Shown here in pieces: positions 9,327 through 20,859 of a stretch of DNA of 64,000 bases. Each line of letters begins with the position of its first letter. The first letter of the stretch is position 1. The translations under genes were made by a program, and so were the position numbers. This DNA comes from a bacterium. GTDB lineage: Bacteria; JAHJDO01. Below the pieces are notes generated by a model. It did not search any database. It saw nothing but the letters and a program-made list of their open reading frames with translations, and was not told the origin of the DNA. The stretch spans positions 32,001 through 96,000 of the forward strand of contig JBDRTG010000047.1 in NCBI GenBank assembly GCA_043824255.1. Direction: 5' to 3'.

Positions 9327-10331
9327 TTATTGGTTTTGTAGAGTTTCTATCATTGCTGCTATGTTTTCTGGTTTTGCATCAGGTGGTATAGCATGTGCAG
9401 GAGCTGCAATGTAGCCTCCATCCTTTCCAATAACATCAAGTAGTTGCTTGACCTCATCTCTCACTTGATCAACAGTGCCATAAGGCAGAGTCTTTTGTGT
9501 GCTAATACCGCCATAGAAGCTTAAGCTGTTACCATATTTCTTCTTCATATCAAATACATCCATTACCTCAGGTTGAAATGGGTTAAACACATCTAACCCA
9601 CATTCTATTAAATCTGGGAATAGTTGGTCCACTTTGCCGCAAGAATGGATGAAAACAAATTTTCCCTTGGACTTTGCTAATCCATACATTTTTTTGATAC
9701 GAGGTTTGATAAATTCGCCCCAGAGCTGCGGGCCCATAATAAGATCAGTCTGCTGTCCCCAGTCGTCTCCAAACATCATTGCATCAATATTAAAAGAGCA
9801 GGCATTTTTAATAATTTCCAAATTGAAATCCAAAATCTCATCAAACAATAGATGAACAAAATCCTTATTAGTGATCATTGCCATAAGCAAATTCTCCGTG
9901 CCAGCCAAGGTCCAGGCTCTTTCAAACAAACTAAATCCAATGTCTACTACAAAGAACTCATCTTTATCCGTTTTTAGAATTTCATTGTATTTCTCATATC
10001 TTGATGGATCTTCTGGATTAGGGAAGTTATATTCATTGATATTTTCTGGAGTTACCATGCAGTTACAAACTACACCAATATCTTTATCTACGTTGCGGTT
10101 CCACTGAACTCCAAACTGGTCCTCCCAGATATTAGGCATTTTCTCCTTCCAGCTATCTTTGGGTTCAGAACTAAGCTTTGTAAGACAATTTCCCAGTTTT
10201 GATGCAAAACTAGGATCTTTATAAAACTCGCCCATCTTAGCATGCGCCTTTTTTGTAAACTCTATATTATAAGGAGTCTTATCCGGTCGTTTGTGATTTA
10301 GTGTTGCAAGAACACGTTCTCGATTATTCAT
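9327..10331 (-). CDS. Uroporphyrinogen decarboxylase (URO-D/MtaA-CmuA) family protein
   Basis: GDDWG, HSCG, NPFQP, GGISTQ, GGYIAAPAH. Confidence 0.85.
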   Translation of the reverse strand: MNNRERVLATLNHKRPDKTPYNIEFTKKAHAKMGEFYKDPSFASKLGNCLTKLSSEPKDSWKEKMPNIWEDQFGVQWNRNVDKDIGVVCNCMVTPENINEYNFPNPEDPSRYEKYNEILKTDKDEFFVVDIGFSLFERAWTLAGTENLLMAMITNKDFVHLLFDEILDFNLEIIKNACSFNIDAMMFGDDWGQQTDLIMGPQLWGEFIKPRIKKMYGLAKSKGKFVFIHSCGKVDQLFPDLIECGLDVFNPFQPEVMDVFDMKKKYGNSLSFYGGISTQKTLPYGTVDQVRDEVKQLLDVIGKDGGYIAAPAHAIPPDAKPENIAAMIETLQNQ

Positions 10332-10353
10332 AGTTCGTATACTTTCTTATTAA

Positions 10354-12966
10354 TTACCTATTTTTCGTCAGAAATTTTTTAATAATTCTGTTCGTTTCTT
10401 TTAGACTTTGATCAAGCTTGGATATATCCTTACCTCCTGCCTGTGCCATGTCTGGCCTACCGCCGCCACTGCCACTTGTAATCTGCGCGACCTCTTTAAT
10501 GATCTTTCCGGCATGCAATCCTTTAGATACAAGGTCAGGAGTAACTGCTGTTACAAGGCATATTTTATTATCCTTTACAGATCCAAGCACTATTACGGCT
10601 GAGCCCATCTTTGTTTTTAATGCATCTGCAAGGCCCCTCAATGCCTCATGTCCCATATTCTTCAAAGATACAGAAACTAGTTTTACATTATCTACTGTAA
10701 TGGCTTTCTTAATGAAATCATCTATATTTGTCATTACCTGTTTGCTTTTAGATTTTTTGATCTGTTTTTCAAGCTCCTTATTATTCTTAATAATTTCTTC
10801 TATTCTTCCTGGTATTTCAGCTACAGGCACACATAGAAGACGAGAAATTTCTCTAAGAATCTTCTGCTCTTTTTTCATAATACTATATGCTGCTTCGCCA
10901 CATGCAGCCTCAATTCTTCTCACACCAGAAGCGATTGAACTATCAGAGATTATTCTAAACAATCCTATTTCTCCCGTATTTTTTGCATGCGTCCCTCCAC
11001 ATAGCTCTATGCTAAAATCTCCCATCTGGACAACCCTTACAGTTTCCCCGTATTTCTCATTGAATAAGGCAATAGCTCCAAGCTCTTTAGCTTTCTTCAT
11101 AGAGGCGCTAAAGGTTTTTACCTCAACAAGTTCCATAATTTTTTGATTCACAATTTCCTCAATACGATTAAGCTGCGCGTTATCAATAGCTTTAAAGTGA
11201 TTAAAATCAAATCGCATTCTGTCTTCCCCAACCCATGACCCAGCCTGCTGGATATGTTTGCCAAGAACCTGGCGAAGCGCATATTGAAGAAGATGCGCTG
11301 AACTGTGATGTTTTGCAATTCTCATGCGTCTGGCTATATAAATAGATGCAGTCACATTATCACCAATTTTTATTGTGCCTTTAGAAACTTTAGCTTTGTG
11401 AATAAACGTATCAGATATTTTATAAGTGTCTGATACTTGTATCTCGCAATCTTTTGTAAAAATGGAGCCTGTATCTCCAATCTGGCCTCCGGATTCAGCG
11501 TAAAAACATGTTTTATCAAGTATTAGCTCAATGTCATCCTGCTGTTTTGCTCTATCGGTTTTTTTGCCACCTTTTAGAATACATAATATCTGCGCCTTAT
11601 CAGAATACTTACTATATCCAGTAAACAAAGTGCTTGGTGAAACAACAGTAACGCTTGAAGGTAGTGGAGTTTGCGAAATACTCCGCTGTCTTTGTTTGTC
11701 CATTTCTCTATTAAAGCCTTCTACATCCACTTTAAGCCCCTGCTCTCTTGCCATTTCACAGGTAAGATCAATAGGGAAACCAAATGTATCGTATAATTTG
11801 AATGCAATCTCCCCGCTAATAAGTTTTTTCTTATCCCCTTTAGCAGGCTTAATAAGCCCATGAAAGAGATTTATTCCCTGCAAAAGTGTTTTTTGAAAAC
11901 GCTCTTCCTCGCTCTTAAGTATAAGGCTTATATGCTCTTTTTGCGTCTCCAGCTCAGGATATGCATCCTTCATAATATTTACTACAGAACCAACCAGCCT
12001 GTATAAAAACGGCTGGTTAAGCCCAAGTATATTCCCCCTTCTTGATGCTCTTCTTATAAGCCGCCTGAGCACATAGCCTCTTCCCTCGTTTGAGGGCATT
12101 ACTCCATCTGTTATTGCAAATACCAGGGTGCGTATATGATCAACAATTATCTGTATCGGAACAACATATTTATCTCTATATGGCTTTTCTGAGATTTCGG
12201 ATACAGCCTCAATAATAGGCTTAAAGAGGTCAGTATCATAATTTGAGCTTACGTTTTGTAATACTCTTGATATACGCTCAATGCCCATGCCGGTATCCAC
12301 ATGTCTGGAAGGCAGTTCTTCCAGAGATCCATCCTCTTTGCGGTTATACTGTATAAACACCAGGTTCCACAGTTCTAAGACATCGGGATTATTGGCGTTG
12401 ATTAAAGATTTATTACAGCCGTTTCTGGTTAGATCAATATGTATCTCTGAGCACGGGCCACATGGTCCGGTCTCTCCCATATCCCAGAAGTTTTCTTTTT
12501 CACCAAAGCGGAGAATATGGCTGGTATCAATATCGGTTTCAGTCTTCCAATAATTAAAGGATTCTTCATCCGTCTTATATACAGTTACCCAGAGTCTTTC
12601 TTTTGGCAGGTTCCATACTTCAGTAAGCAGCTTCCATGCCAGACTAATTGCTTCTTTCTTGAAATAATCGCCAAAGGACCAGTTACCAAGCATTTCAAAA
12701 AAGGTGTGATGATGACTGTCATGTCCAACATCTTCCAGATCATTATGTTTTCCGCTGACTCTTATGCATTTCTGAGAATCTGCTGCGCGCCTATAACTGC
12801 GTGAACCTTTCCCCAGAAATACATCCTTAAACTGGTTCATCCCTGCATTTGTAAAGAGCAGTGTCTCATCCTGAGCAGGAACCAATGAAGCACTGGGAAG
12901 AACAGTATGTTCGTTATTCTTAAAAAACTCCAAAAAGGACTTTCTAATCTGTTTACTTTGCATCAT
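10354..12966 (-). CDS. alaS: Alanine--tRNA ligase
   Basis: LLFTNAGMNQFK, FEMLGNWSFGDYFK, editing HHSSAH and ELCGGTH, GGGRPDMAQAGG. Confidence 0.98.
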   Translation of the reverse strand: MMQSKQIRKSFLEFFKNNEHTVLPSASLVPAQDETLLFTNAGMNQFKDVFLGKGSRSYRRAADSQKCIRVSGKHNDLEDVGHDSHHHTFFEMLGNWSFGDYFKKEAISLAWKLLTEVWNLPKERLWVTVYKTDEESFNYWKTETDIDTSHILRFGEKENFWDMGETGPCGPCSEIHIDLTRNGCNKSLINANNPDVLELWNLVFIQYNRKEDGSLEELPSRHVDTGMGIERISRVLQNVSSNYDTDLFKPIIEAVSEISEKPYRDKYVVPIQIIVDHIRTLVFAITDGVMPSNEGRGYVLRRLIRRASRRGNILGLNQPFLYRLVGSVVNIMKDAYPELETQKEHISLILKSEEERFQKTLLQGINLFHGLIKPAKGDKKKLISGEIAFKLYDTFGFPIDLTCEMAREQGLKVDVEGFNREMDKQRQRSISQTPLPSSVTVVSPSTLFTGYSKYSDKAQILCILKGGKKTDRAKQQDDIELILDKTCFYAESGGQIGDTGSIFTKDCEIQVSDTYKISDTFIHKAKVSKGTIKIGDNVTASIYIARRMRIAKHHSSAHLLQYALRQVLGKHIQQAGSWVGEDRMRFDFNHFKAIDNAQLNRIEEIVNQKIMELVEVKTFSASMKKAKELGAIALFNEKYGETVRVVQMGDFSIELCGGTHAKNTGEIGLFRIISDSSIASGVRRIEAACGEAAYSIMKKEQKILREISRLLCVPVAEIPGRIEEIIKNNKELEKQIKKSKSKQVMTNIDDFIKKAITVDNVKLVSVSLKNMGHEALRGLADALKTKMGSAVIVLGSVKDNKICLVTAVTPDLVSKGLHAGKIIKEVAQITSGSGGGRPDMAQAGGKDISKLDQSLKETNRIIKKFLTKNR

Positions 12967-12975
12967 CTTTTCTGA

Positions 12976-13986
12976 TTAGACAGGCTTCAATCCAGTATTC
13001 TCTCTTATCTGCTTTTCAAGTTTATCTCTAACATCAGTCTTTTCTGCCAGATATCTGATTGCGCCTTCACGGCCCTGAGATATTTTCTCCTCATTATAAG
13101 AGAACCATGCTCCGGCTTTTTCAATCAATTTATGCTCAATTGCCATATCAAGGATCCCAGCTTCTTTGGAAATACCCTGATTATACATAACGTCGAATTC
13201 TGCCTGTCTGAATGGAGGAGCAACCTTATTTTTAACAACTTTTACCCTGACCCTGCTTCCTACTGCTTCTTCGCCTTTCTTAATTGTTGCTATTCTACGA
13301 ATATCCAGTCTTACAGACGCATAAAATTTAAGAGCATTTCCACCTGTAGTAGTCTCAGGACTACCAAAAAAAACTCCTATTTTGTGTCGTATTTGATTAA
13401 TGAATATAACAGACGTTTTTGATTTACTTATAACAGCAGTTAGCTTTCTCAGAGCCTGTGACATAAGCCGCGCCTGAAGCCCCATATGCGAATCTCCCAT
13501 ATCTCCTTCAATCTCTGCGCGTGGAACCATAGCAGCTACTGAATCTACAATTATTACATCTATAGCATTGCTTCTGACAAGGGTTTCTGTAATGCCCAAT
13601 GCCTGTTCCCCGCTATCAGGCTGTGAGATTAAAAGGCTGTCTAAATCAACACCCAGAACCTTGGAATACTTTGGGTCAAGAGCATGTTCTACGTCTATGA
13701 ACGCTGCCATGCCGCCAACTTTTTGTGCGTTGGCAACAATATGCAAAGCTAGCGTTGTCTTCCCTGATGACTCAGGTCCGTATATCTCCGTTATTCTCCC
13801 GCGCGGTATGCCTCCCACACCAAGCGCTGTGTCTAAAGCTATTGAACCTGTGGGTATTACATCAATATCAACAGCAGCAGATTCTTCTCCTAATCTCATT
13901 ATAGATCCTTTTCCATATGATTTTTCTATTTGAGCCATTGCATTTTCTAGTGCATCATCCTTTTGCGACAATTTTTTCTCAGTCAT
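12976..13986 (-). CDS. recA: Recombinase RecA
   Basis: [21 protein letters not shown]. Confidence 0.99.
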   Translation of the reverse strand: MTEKKLSQKDDALENAMAQIEKSYGKGSIMRLGEESAAVDIDVIPTGSIALDTALGVGGIPRGRITEIYGPESSGKTTLALHIVANAQKVGGMAAFIDVEHALDPKYSKVLGVDLDSLLISQPDSGEQALGITETLVRSNAIDVIIVDSVAAMVPRAEIEGDMGDSHMGLQARLMSQALRKLTAVISKSKTSVIFINQIRHKIGVFFGSPETTTGGNALKFYASVRLDIRRIATIKKGEEAVGSRVRVKVVKNKVAPPFRQAEFDVMYNQGISKEAGILDMAIEHKLIEKAGAWFSYNEEKISQGREGAIRYLAEKTDVRDKLEKQIRENTGLKPV

Positions 13987-14125
13987 AATTATTGTCTCCT
14001 TAAATTAAAATTTTATTTTATTCTTATTACCACATCCTAGGAAAATTAGAAAGATTTTTTATCAAGCCAAAATAGAAATGCCTGCTGAGTCAGTTGTTAT
14101 GTCAATTCTGAAGCTTTCTTCTGAT

Positions 14126-14965
14126 TCATAAGCCCAGTAGTTTTTGCGTATTTCTATATGCTATTTTCTCGTATGCGGTTTTAGAAATTTTGTTGTCCTT
14201 GCCAGCCTTTTTAAAATAAGAGATGTTAGGAACGTCCTGATTTACATGGCAGATATCTGTTCCAAAGAATAATTTGTCCTGGAACTTCTCCATGAACTGA
14301 TATCCAAACTCCCTATCACGTGTGAGTACGGTGTATCCGCTTCCCGCAGATATATCGGCATATAAGTTAAGATAGCCTGACATGAGCCGTTCAACAGCGC
14401 CTGGGCTTACCACTTTTCCGGTTGGATAACTGATGTCAGGGAACTTGTAATCAGCAGATATTTCAGCCCAGAACCGGGGACCATGACCAATGAATATTGT
14501 CTCAGGAAATTTTTTGATCATATTCTCAAATCTGGGAAGTCCCAGATCATCAAAACATGTTATATGGCAAAGATCAAAGATAATAGGCAGGTTTAATTTG
14601 CCGCATATTTCATACATTTTCTGCATGAGCGGATCATCAACATAAAGTCCGGCAAGCACTTCTCCCATGCCCTTACATCCACGATCCTTGTATTCTTTTA
14701 TCACTTCATAAAGCCTGCTCCTTCTGGGATCCACATTACAGAAAGGCATGAATTTGTCCGGATATTTCTTACACACATCCAGAACATAGTCAGTAGTTAC
14801 ATAATAGGAAGTAGCTTCCGGATTTTCAATGGGTAAGAGCACTGCTTTCTCAATGCCGGCTTCATCCATGAAATTCAGCAAGTATTCCGGCGTCAGTGCC
14901 TGATCCTCAGGCTTCATTGATTTTTCATTATACAACCTTCCGATATGCATATGAATGTCTATCAT
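14126..14965 (-). CDS. Amidohydrolase_2 family metallohydrolase
   Basis: IDIHMH at start (ATG 14965 after AGGAG), DISAGSG, FGTD. Confidence 0.85.
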   Translation of the reverse strand: MIDIHMHIGRLYNEKSMKPEDQALTPEYLLNFMDEAGIEKAVLLPIENPEATSYYVTTDYVLDVCKKYPDKFMPFCNVDPRRSRLYEVIKEYKDRGCKGMGEVLAGLYVDDPLMQKMYEICGKLNLPIIFDLCHITCFDDLGLPRFENMIKKFPETIFIGHGPRFWAEISADYKFPDISYPTGKVVSPGAVERLMSGYLNLYADISAGSGYTVLTRDREFGYQFMEKFQDKLFFGTDICHVNQDVPNISYFKKAGKDNKISKTAYEKIAYRNTQKLLGL

Positions 14966-14982
14966 TGCGTTTTCTCCTATTG

Positions 14983-15549
14983 TCATTTTAATAAAAAAGT
15001 CTTTAAGGTGTTATACTGCGCGTCTTGAGGCTTAAGCATGCTTTCCATCAGACAGATTTTTTTTGCAAACATTTCACCTAGTTTAATATTTTTTAATTCT
15101 TCAAGGGTATTTACAAGCTCATTGCGGTTTTTGCCAGAACGGACTCTTGCAATAGTAAGATGTGGTTGAAATTTACGATTTTCTTGATGCAGAGAAAACA
15201 TGGAAAGTGAATTCTCTATTTTAGTATTTAGAAGAGAAAGCTCTTCTCTGCCTTTTTCTATACCAACCCATATTATTCTTGGATATTCTGGATTTGGGAA
15301 GACACCTATCGTTTCAAAAGATACTGAGAATATCTTGAATCCCGAGATGCTCTCTTCAATTGCATTCTGAATGTCCTTTATGCTCTCAACGGGAACATTA
15401 CCCAGAAATCTCAGGGTGATATGTATGTTTTCCGGTCTCACAAGCTGTAGGACTGCACTGGATTCTTTCAGGTCATCCTGAATTTTTTCTAGCTTATTCC
15501 TAATTTTAGCTGAAATGTTGACAGCAATAAAACTCCTGATTGTTTTCAT
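14983..15549 (-). CDS. thpR: RNA 2',3'-cyclic phosphodiesterase
   Basis: Two HxT motifs (HITL, HLTI); GVFP..PRIIW. Confidence 0.93.
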   Translation of the reverse strand: MKTIRSFIAVNISAKIRNKLEKIQDDLKESSAVLQLVRPENIHITLRFLGNVPVESIKDIQNAIEESISGFKIFSVSFETIGVFPNPEYPRIIWVGIEKGREELSLLNTKIENSLSMFSLHQENRKFQPHLTIARVRSGKNRNELVNTLEELKNIKLGEMFAKKICLMESMLKPQDAQYNTLKTFLLK

Positions 15550-15672
15550 ATCTTTCTAATTATAATTCATCATATCTATTTCCACAAATATAATAATGAG
15601 GACAAAAAAATCAGAGATAAGGAGTTATTAAAAGTCAAAAGCGTATGATATAATGCTTAATAAAATATATAG

Positions 15673-16299
15673 ATGAAAGATATGTTTGGCAAATCCATGG
15701 AAAAGATTATACATAAAGTATTTGTTCCTCTATTTTTAGTTTTAATGTTAGTAGGCTCTCCTCTTCTGTGTTCTGAACTGGATAATTCTTTGAATGAAGC
15801 AATTATACCAAACAGATATGACGGCTGGACTGTACACGATACTATTATTGACCTTGCTAAGAAACATAAATTTAATATATCAATTATTGATGTTCCCAAT
15901 GATGTTCTCTTTTCAAAAATTAATTACACATCTTCTTGTGGAATAAGGATAAAGGAGTTTCTGAAAGATATACTTTTACCGAAAGGATTAATATATAGAG
16001 AAAGGAAGAACTATGTTTTAATAACTGAAGCTACACATATTGAGAAGGTACTAGCTACAAAAATAAAACTAATCAATTTTAAGAGTGGAGATATTAAGAA
16101 CATACTCCTGTTCCTTTCAAAGGATTGCGGAATTAATATCACCATAGATGAAGAAGCTATCCAAAACATAAATTCTGAAGTGAATATATACTTGCAGAAT
16201 GTTAGTGTAGAGGCCTGTCTTCAAGCTATACTTTATCCTAAGGGACTCACTTATAAAGTAAAAAGAAAAGAGTACATCATTATAAAAAAGAGGGATTAA
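15673..16299 (+). CDS. Secreted protein with tandem secretin-N/STN-like domains
   Basis: Signal peptide; repeated ILxPKGLxY module; [15 protein letters not shown]. Confidence 0.55.
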   Translation: MKDMFGKSMEKIIHKVFVPLFLVLMLVGSPLLCSELDNSLNEAIIPNRYDGWTVHDTIIDLAKKHKFNISIIDVPNDVLFSKINYTSSCGIRIKEFLKDILLPKGLIYRERKNYVLITEATHIEKVLATKIKLINFKSGDIKNILLFLSKDCGINITIDEEAIQNINSEVNIYLQNVSVEACLQAILYPKGLTYKVKRKEYIIIKKRD

Positions 16300-17354
16300 T
16301 AGGGATCATCATTGCTTACCCAGTTCATAATAACTTTGGCGGATTGACCCGAACGCATAACTTCAAAAGCCTGTTTAAATTCGCTATAATGGAAGTGATG
16401 GGTTATTACCTGAGTAATATCCAACCCGCTCTGCAGCATTGATTGCATCATATACCATGTCTCATACATTTCCCGCCCGTAGATACCCTTGATCGTGATC
16501 ATATTAAAAATGACCGTGTCCCAGTTAATCGCAAGATCTTTTGATGGGATTCCGAGCAGTGCAATCTTGCCGCCGTGACACATGTTAGCTAACATATCCT
16601 TGAAAGCTTTTCCATTACCGGACATTTCCAGACCTACATCAAAACCTTCCTTCATCCCCAACTCTTTCTGGACATCTTTAATCTGCGGTTTATCGTTGAT
16701 ATTAAGAGCAACAGTGGCTCCCATTTTCGTTGCCAATTCCAGTCTATAGGGATTTATATCGGTAACAACTACGTGGCGCGCACCGGCATGCTTCACTATT
16801 GCCGTTGCCATCAGTCCGATTGGCCCTGCTCCGGTAATCAGCACATCTTCACCAAGCACCTTAAAAGAAAGAGCCGAATGAGTGGCGTTGCCGAAAGGAT
16901 CAAATATCGCCAAAATATCCAGCGGGATATTAGGATCCGCCTGCCAGATATTAGTAACCGGCATACATAGGTATTCAGCAAAAGCTCCAGCGCGGTTAAC
17001 TCCAACGCCACTAGTGGCATTGCAAAGATTCCTGCGCCCTGCAAGACAATTCCTGCAGCGGCCGCAGACAATATGCCCCTCGCCGGATACAATAGTCCCA
17101 ATCTCTACATCATGAACGTTTCTTCCTTTTGCAGCGACTACACCAACGAATTCATGCCCAATCGTCATCGGAACGGGAATCGTTCTCTGAGCCCACTCAT
17201 TCCAATTCCATATATGAACATCAGTGCCACAAATTGCGGTCTTATGGATTTTAATAAGAACGTCATTTATCCCTATCTTCGGAACAGAAACTTCCTCCAA
17301 CCAGAGACCTTCTTTTTTTTCTTTCTTAACGAGAGCTTTCATCATCTTTTTCAT
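16296..17354 (-). CDS. tdh: L-threonine 3-dehydrogenase
   Basis: [31 protein letters not shown]. Confidence 0.95.
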   Translation of the reverse strand: MKKMMKALVKKEKKEGLWLEEVSVPKIGINDVLIKIHKTAICGTDVHIWNWNEWAQRTIPVPMTIGHEFVGVVAAKGRNVHDVEIGTIVSGEGHIVCGRCRNCLAGRRNLCNATSGVGVNRAGAFAEYLCMPVTNIWQADPNIPLDILAIFDPFGNATHSALSFKVLGEDVLITGAGPIGLMATAIVKHAGARHVVVTDINPYRLELATKMGATVALNINDKPQIKDVQKELGMKEGFDVGLEMSGNGKAFKDMLANMCHGGKIALLGIPSKDLAINWDTVIFNMITIKGIYGREMYETWYMMQSMLQSGLDITQVITHHFHYSEFKQAFEVMRSGQSAKVIMNWVSNDDPY

Positions 17355-18061
17355 GGCGAATGCGCCTCTGTGTACTTTTTTGATTTTTCTTCAAGAGCAA
17401 AATCTAAAGCCTTTTGCGCATGAATAATCGTCGTGTTAAAAATTTTGATGTTAACATCTTCATGCTTTATTAAAAAAGGGAGTTCCGTACATCCCATCAC
17501 TATCCCTTGAACCCCTTTTCTGTTCAACTTTTCTATAATTTCCAATATTATACAGCGAGATTCATCTCTAAGCTCATTCAGCACCAATTCCTTGTAAATA
17601 ATATTATTTATCTTCTTTTGGTCATCTGTAGAGGGAATAATTGTTTCAATACGATGTTGGCTAAGTCCTTTCTCATAAAAACCCTTGCCCATAGTAAAAA
17701 TAGTTCCCAATAACCCCACCTTATTTATATCATTCTTTTTAATTTCTTCCGCAGTAACATCAATAATACTAATCCAGGGAATAGGTATGTTCTTAGAGAC
17801 TTCTTCATAAACGATATGTATAGAATTACATGTTGCAATCACGAAATCAGCACCAGCTCTATACAGATTTTCAATAGCTGTCTTGATCTTTTCAGCAGCC
17901 TCATATCCTGCATCGATAATCTCCTGAAAACTTAAACTATAAATAATTATCTCCGGATAAGCATAATTACCATATCTTCTGTAGTACTCACAGGTAATGT
18001 ATTCATAATAAGCTATAGTTGATTCCGGACCTAGCCCACCTAAAATTCCGATTTTTTTCAT
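17351..18061 (-). CDS. Aspartate/glutamate racemase family (RacX/YgeA-like)
   Basis: [11 protein letters not shown]; catalytic cysteines in CNS and GCTE. Confidence 0.9.
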   Translation of the reverse strand: MKKIGILGGLGPESTIAYYEYITCEYYRRYGNYAYPEIIIYSLSFQEIIDAGYEAAEKIKTAIENLYRAGADFVIATCNSIHIVYEEVSKNIPIPWISIIDVTAEEIKKNDINKVGLLGTIFTMGKGFYEKGLSQHRIETIIPSTDDQKKINNIIYKELVLNELRDESRCIILEIIEKLNRKGVQGIVMGCTELPFLIKHEDVNIKIFNTTIIHAQKALDFALEEKSKKYTEAHSP

Positions 18062-18081
18062 GGCGTTAGACTTCTCACTTG

Positions 18082-19320
18082 TTAGTTCTTGGCATAATTT
18101 TGGTATTCTTTCAAAACATTGAGCACGTAATCTATATCATATTTGGTATGGTCGGCTGAAATCTGAAATCTTATACATTCATCGCCTCTTGGAACTACAG
18201 GATATTTTAAGCCCACTACTAAGATTCCTTGTTCTTTGAAGTAGTTGACTAATTTCACCGTTTCCTGAGTATCCCGAACCATCAGCGCTACAATGGGATG
18301 TTCCCCTTTTATAGTCTCATATCCTAAATTCATTAGTCCTTCTCTAAAATATTTCGTCATTTCCTTAAGATATGAGAGCATCTTTTTCCCTCTTTCGCCG
18401 TCTAAAATTTCCAGTGCTTTTATAGCAGCGCTTGCTTCTGAAGGAGTAACAGGATTGGAGTATATATACAAAGGAGAGGTTTCTCTTAAATATTCCACTA
18501 TCTTTGCCTCGGTTACCACATAACCGCCGTTTACGCCCAAAGCCTTGCCAAGAGTAGCGACTATTATATCCACCCCATCTTCATCTGTAACCTCACACGT
18601 TCCCCTTCCTGTTTTGCCATAAGCTCCTACTCCATGGGAATCATCCATTATAGTAATTATACCCTCCTTAAATTCCGAATGATATCTTCCGGCTAAATTC
18701 ACCAATTCTTTCAGGTCGGGATAATCTCCCCTCATGCTGAATATCCCGTCAGTAACTATTATGATACGTTGGCACTCTCCTATGACCTCTTTTATCTTGG
18801 CCTCCAGGTCGTTCATATTCAAATGAGCATATATTTTTTTGTCTTTTGGTCTAGAAAGTCTGATAGCACTAATTATGGAGTTATGATTCAGCTCATCACT
18901 TAAAATTATAGTCTCTTTGGAAATTAGAGGTGAAATAACACCGCAAACAGTAGCGTATGCTGAACTGAATATCATACAGGCTTCTTTTCGGTGGAATCTG
19001 GCCAATTTTTTTTCCAAGTCTATATGAGGCTTAAAAGTCCCATGAATAAAACGCACGGCGCCAGGACCCACCCCAAATCTCTCTGCCGCTTCTCTCTCCG
19101 CCTCTATTACCTCTTTATTCAGGGACATCCCTAAATAAGAGTTGGAGTTCATCTTAATAAACTCTCTATCTCCCTCGTCTTGCAGAAAGTATCTGGGGCC
19201 CTTATCTCCCACAGATTTTCCTATTGACTCTATGACTAATTCCTGCCCTTTAATAGTTCCGTTGCTTCTGAGTTGCTCTAATCTTCCAGTCACCCATTCC
19301 TCTATTCTTTCTAAAGACAT
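18082..19320 (-). CDS. kbl: 2-amino-3-ketobutyrate CoA ligase (glycine C-acetyltransferase)
   Basis: NSNSYLG, GAVRFI, DDSHG, TLGKALG; linked to tdh. Confidence 0.88.
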   Translation of the reverse strand: MSLERIEEWVTGRLEQLRSNGTIKGQELVIESIGKSVGDKGPRYFLQDEGDREFIKMNSNSYLGMSLNKEVIEAEREAAERFGVGPGAVRFIHGTFKPHIDLEKKLARFHRKEACMIFSSAYATVCGVISPLISKETIILSDELNHNSIISAIRLSRPKDKKIYAHLNMNDLEAKIKEVIGECQRIIIVTDGIFSMRGDYPDLKELVNLAGRYHSEFKEGIITIMDDSHGVGAYGKTGRGTCEVTDEDGVDIIVATLGKALGVNGGYVVTEAKIVEYLRETSPLYIYSNPVTPSEASAAIKALEILDGERGKKMLSYLKEMTKYFREGLMNLGYETIKGEHPIVALMVRDTQETVKLVNYFKEQGILVVGLKYPVVPRGDECIRFQISADHTKYDIDYVLNVLKEYQNYAKN

Positions 19321-19534
19321 ATTCCTTTCCTCTTCGCTTTTTCTATAACTTTCCGGACAACAATTTTTTTGATTCGGTGATTCAAACTGAAAATAGACCT
19401 ATGTCCTCCTCATTCCCTAATATAATTTTCTTTAATGATATACCATTTAATTGGATTAGTCTAGGTTAGACGTACACACCAATTACTAGGGAACTTTTAC
19501 CCTAAATGTTTGTTTTACATATAATTTAAAATTC

Positions 19535-20836
19535 CTAAGCATTAAAATCAGGTTTTGACAAACCTTTAACAAGTTTTTCTGGATAAACTGACTTTCCTGT
19601 TTTTATTGATATATTGGCTGAAATTCCTGTAAGTATTGACCACGCCCCTTCAACAAAACTTGCAGCCCTTTTAAATTTATCCTTTGTCGGATTTGGACCA
19701 AATAGAGATTCAAGAAGAGGGTCGTCTCCCCCTCCATGACCACCTTTAGAAGTTCTGACTTTAACATTGTATGCAGGTTTAAAATGAGGTGATATCCTAA
19801 TATTAGTCTCCCCTTCAACAGTTTCTCCAGGTGTTGTTCCATCACCACTTATATATACTGTTTCTACGGCCCTATGTTCAAGTGATCCTTTAGTTCCGTT
19901 AAAACGAATAACATATCCCTCCCAAGGGCAAAATGAGTTTAAAGAATAAGACATCATCACTCCGTTATCATACTGAACAACTAAATTCATGGAATCTTCA
20001 ATGTTAATCTCTTCGCTGAATACACACCTATCCCTGAAATAGCCATCATATTTCTCATTATCCAGATAAACCCTTTTATGTAATCTCCTCTTTCTTAGAT
20101 CCAGATAAAACGGACATTTGCTACTTACCTTGCATCCAAAGCATCTTTCGCCATGTGCTTTAAGACCATACTGATTTGCTCTGTCAGGAATATAAAAATC
20201 CCTTTTACCAATAGCAAAAACTTTTACAGGGCAGGAAGATATCCACCAGTTTACAAGGTCAAAATGATGTGTTGCTTTGTGTACCATAAGCCCGCCACTA
20301 TCCTTTTTATCGCGATGCCATCTCCTGTAATAATCTGCTCCATGACGCGTGTTTAATAGCCAGTTGAAATTCACAGAAAGAATTTCTCCAATAACACCGC
20401 TTGAAATTAATTCTTTAACCTGCGTGCGAACAGGAGAATAACGATAATTAAATGTTACTCTTATTTTTCTCTTTGTTCTTTTGACAGCATCTATAATCTT
20501 CTGACATTTCTTCTCGTCTATTGTCATGGGTTTTTCCGTAATTACATCACATCCCAACTCCATAGCTCTGATAATATATTTATCATGAAAACAGTCTTTT
20601 GTTGTAACAATCACGATATCAGGATTAGTTTCTTTTATCATCTTATCAAATTTTTCTGCATGATAAATCTGCACCAGGCCATAATGTTTCCTTAGGTCAT
20701 TTCTTCTAAGCTCAAGTCTGCCTCTGTTAACATCGCAGAGCCCAACCAGCTGACAATTATTTTTATAAGTTTCTGTAATTGCCTTTGTGAATGTCTCCGA
20801 ACGTTGACCTAATCCTACTTGAACATATCTTCTCAT
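19535..20836 (-). CDS. Gfo/Idh/MocA oxidoreductase
   Basis: EKPM, FNYRY, HKATHHFD, GHGGGD. Confidence 0.9.
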   Translation of the reverse strand: MRRYVQVGLGQRSETFTKAITETYKNNCQLVGLCDVNRGRLELRRNDLRKHYGLVQIYHAEKFDKMIKETNPDIVIVTTKDCFHDKYIIRAMELGCDVITEKPMTIDEKKCQKIIDAVKRTKRKIRVTFNYRYSPVRTQVKELISSGVIGEILSVNFNWLLNTRHGADYYRRWHRDKKDSGGLMVHKATHHFDLVNWWISSCPVKVFAIGKRDFYIPDRANQYGLKAHGERCFGCKVSSKCPFYLDLRKRRLHKRVYLDNEKYDGYFRDRCVFSEEINIEDSMNLVVQYDNGVMMSYSLNSFCPWEGYVIRFNGTKGSLEHRAVETVYISGDGTTPGETVEGETNIRISPHFKPAYNVKVRTSKGGHGGGDDPLLESLFGPNPTKDKFKRAASFVEGAWSILTGISANISIKTGKSVYPEKLVKGLSKPDFNA

Positions 20837-20859
20837 GTTTACTAACTCCTATTTGAAAA

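Noticed and set aside
13987..14125. LexA box upstream of recA
   Set aside because: No known SOS-box pattern recognised.
19321..19534. Possible riboswitch or leader peptide upstream of kbl
   Set aside because: A GAGGAGG is present but with no properly spaced start, no Thr-rich peptide and no recognisable aptamer.
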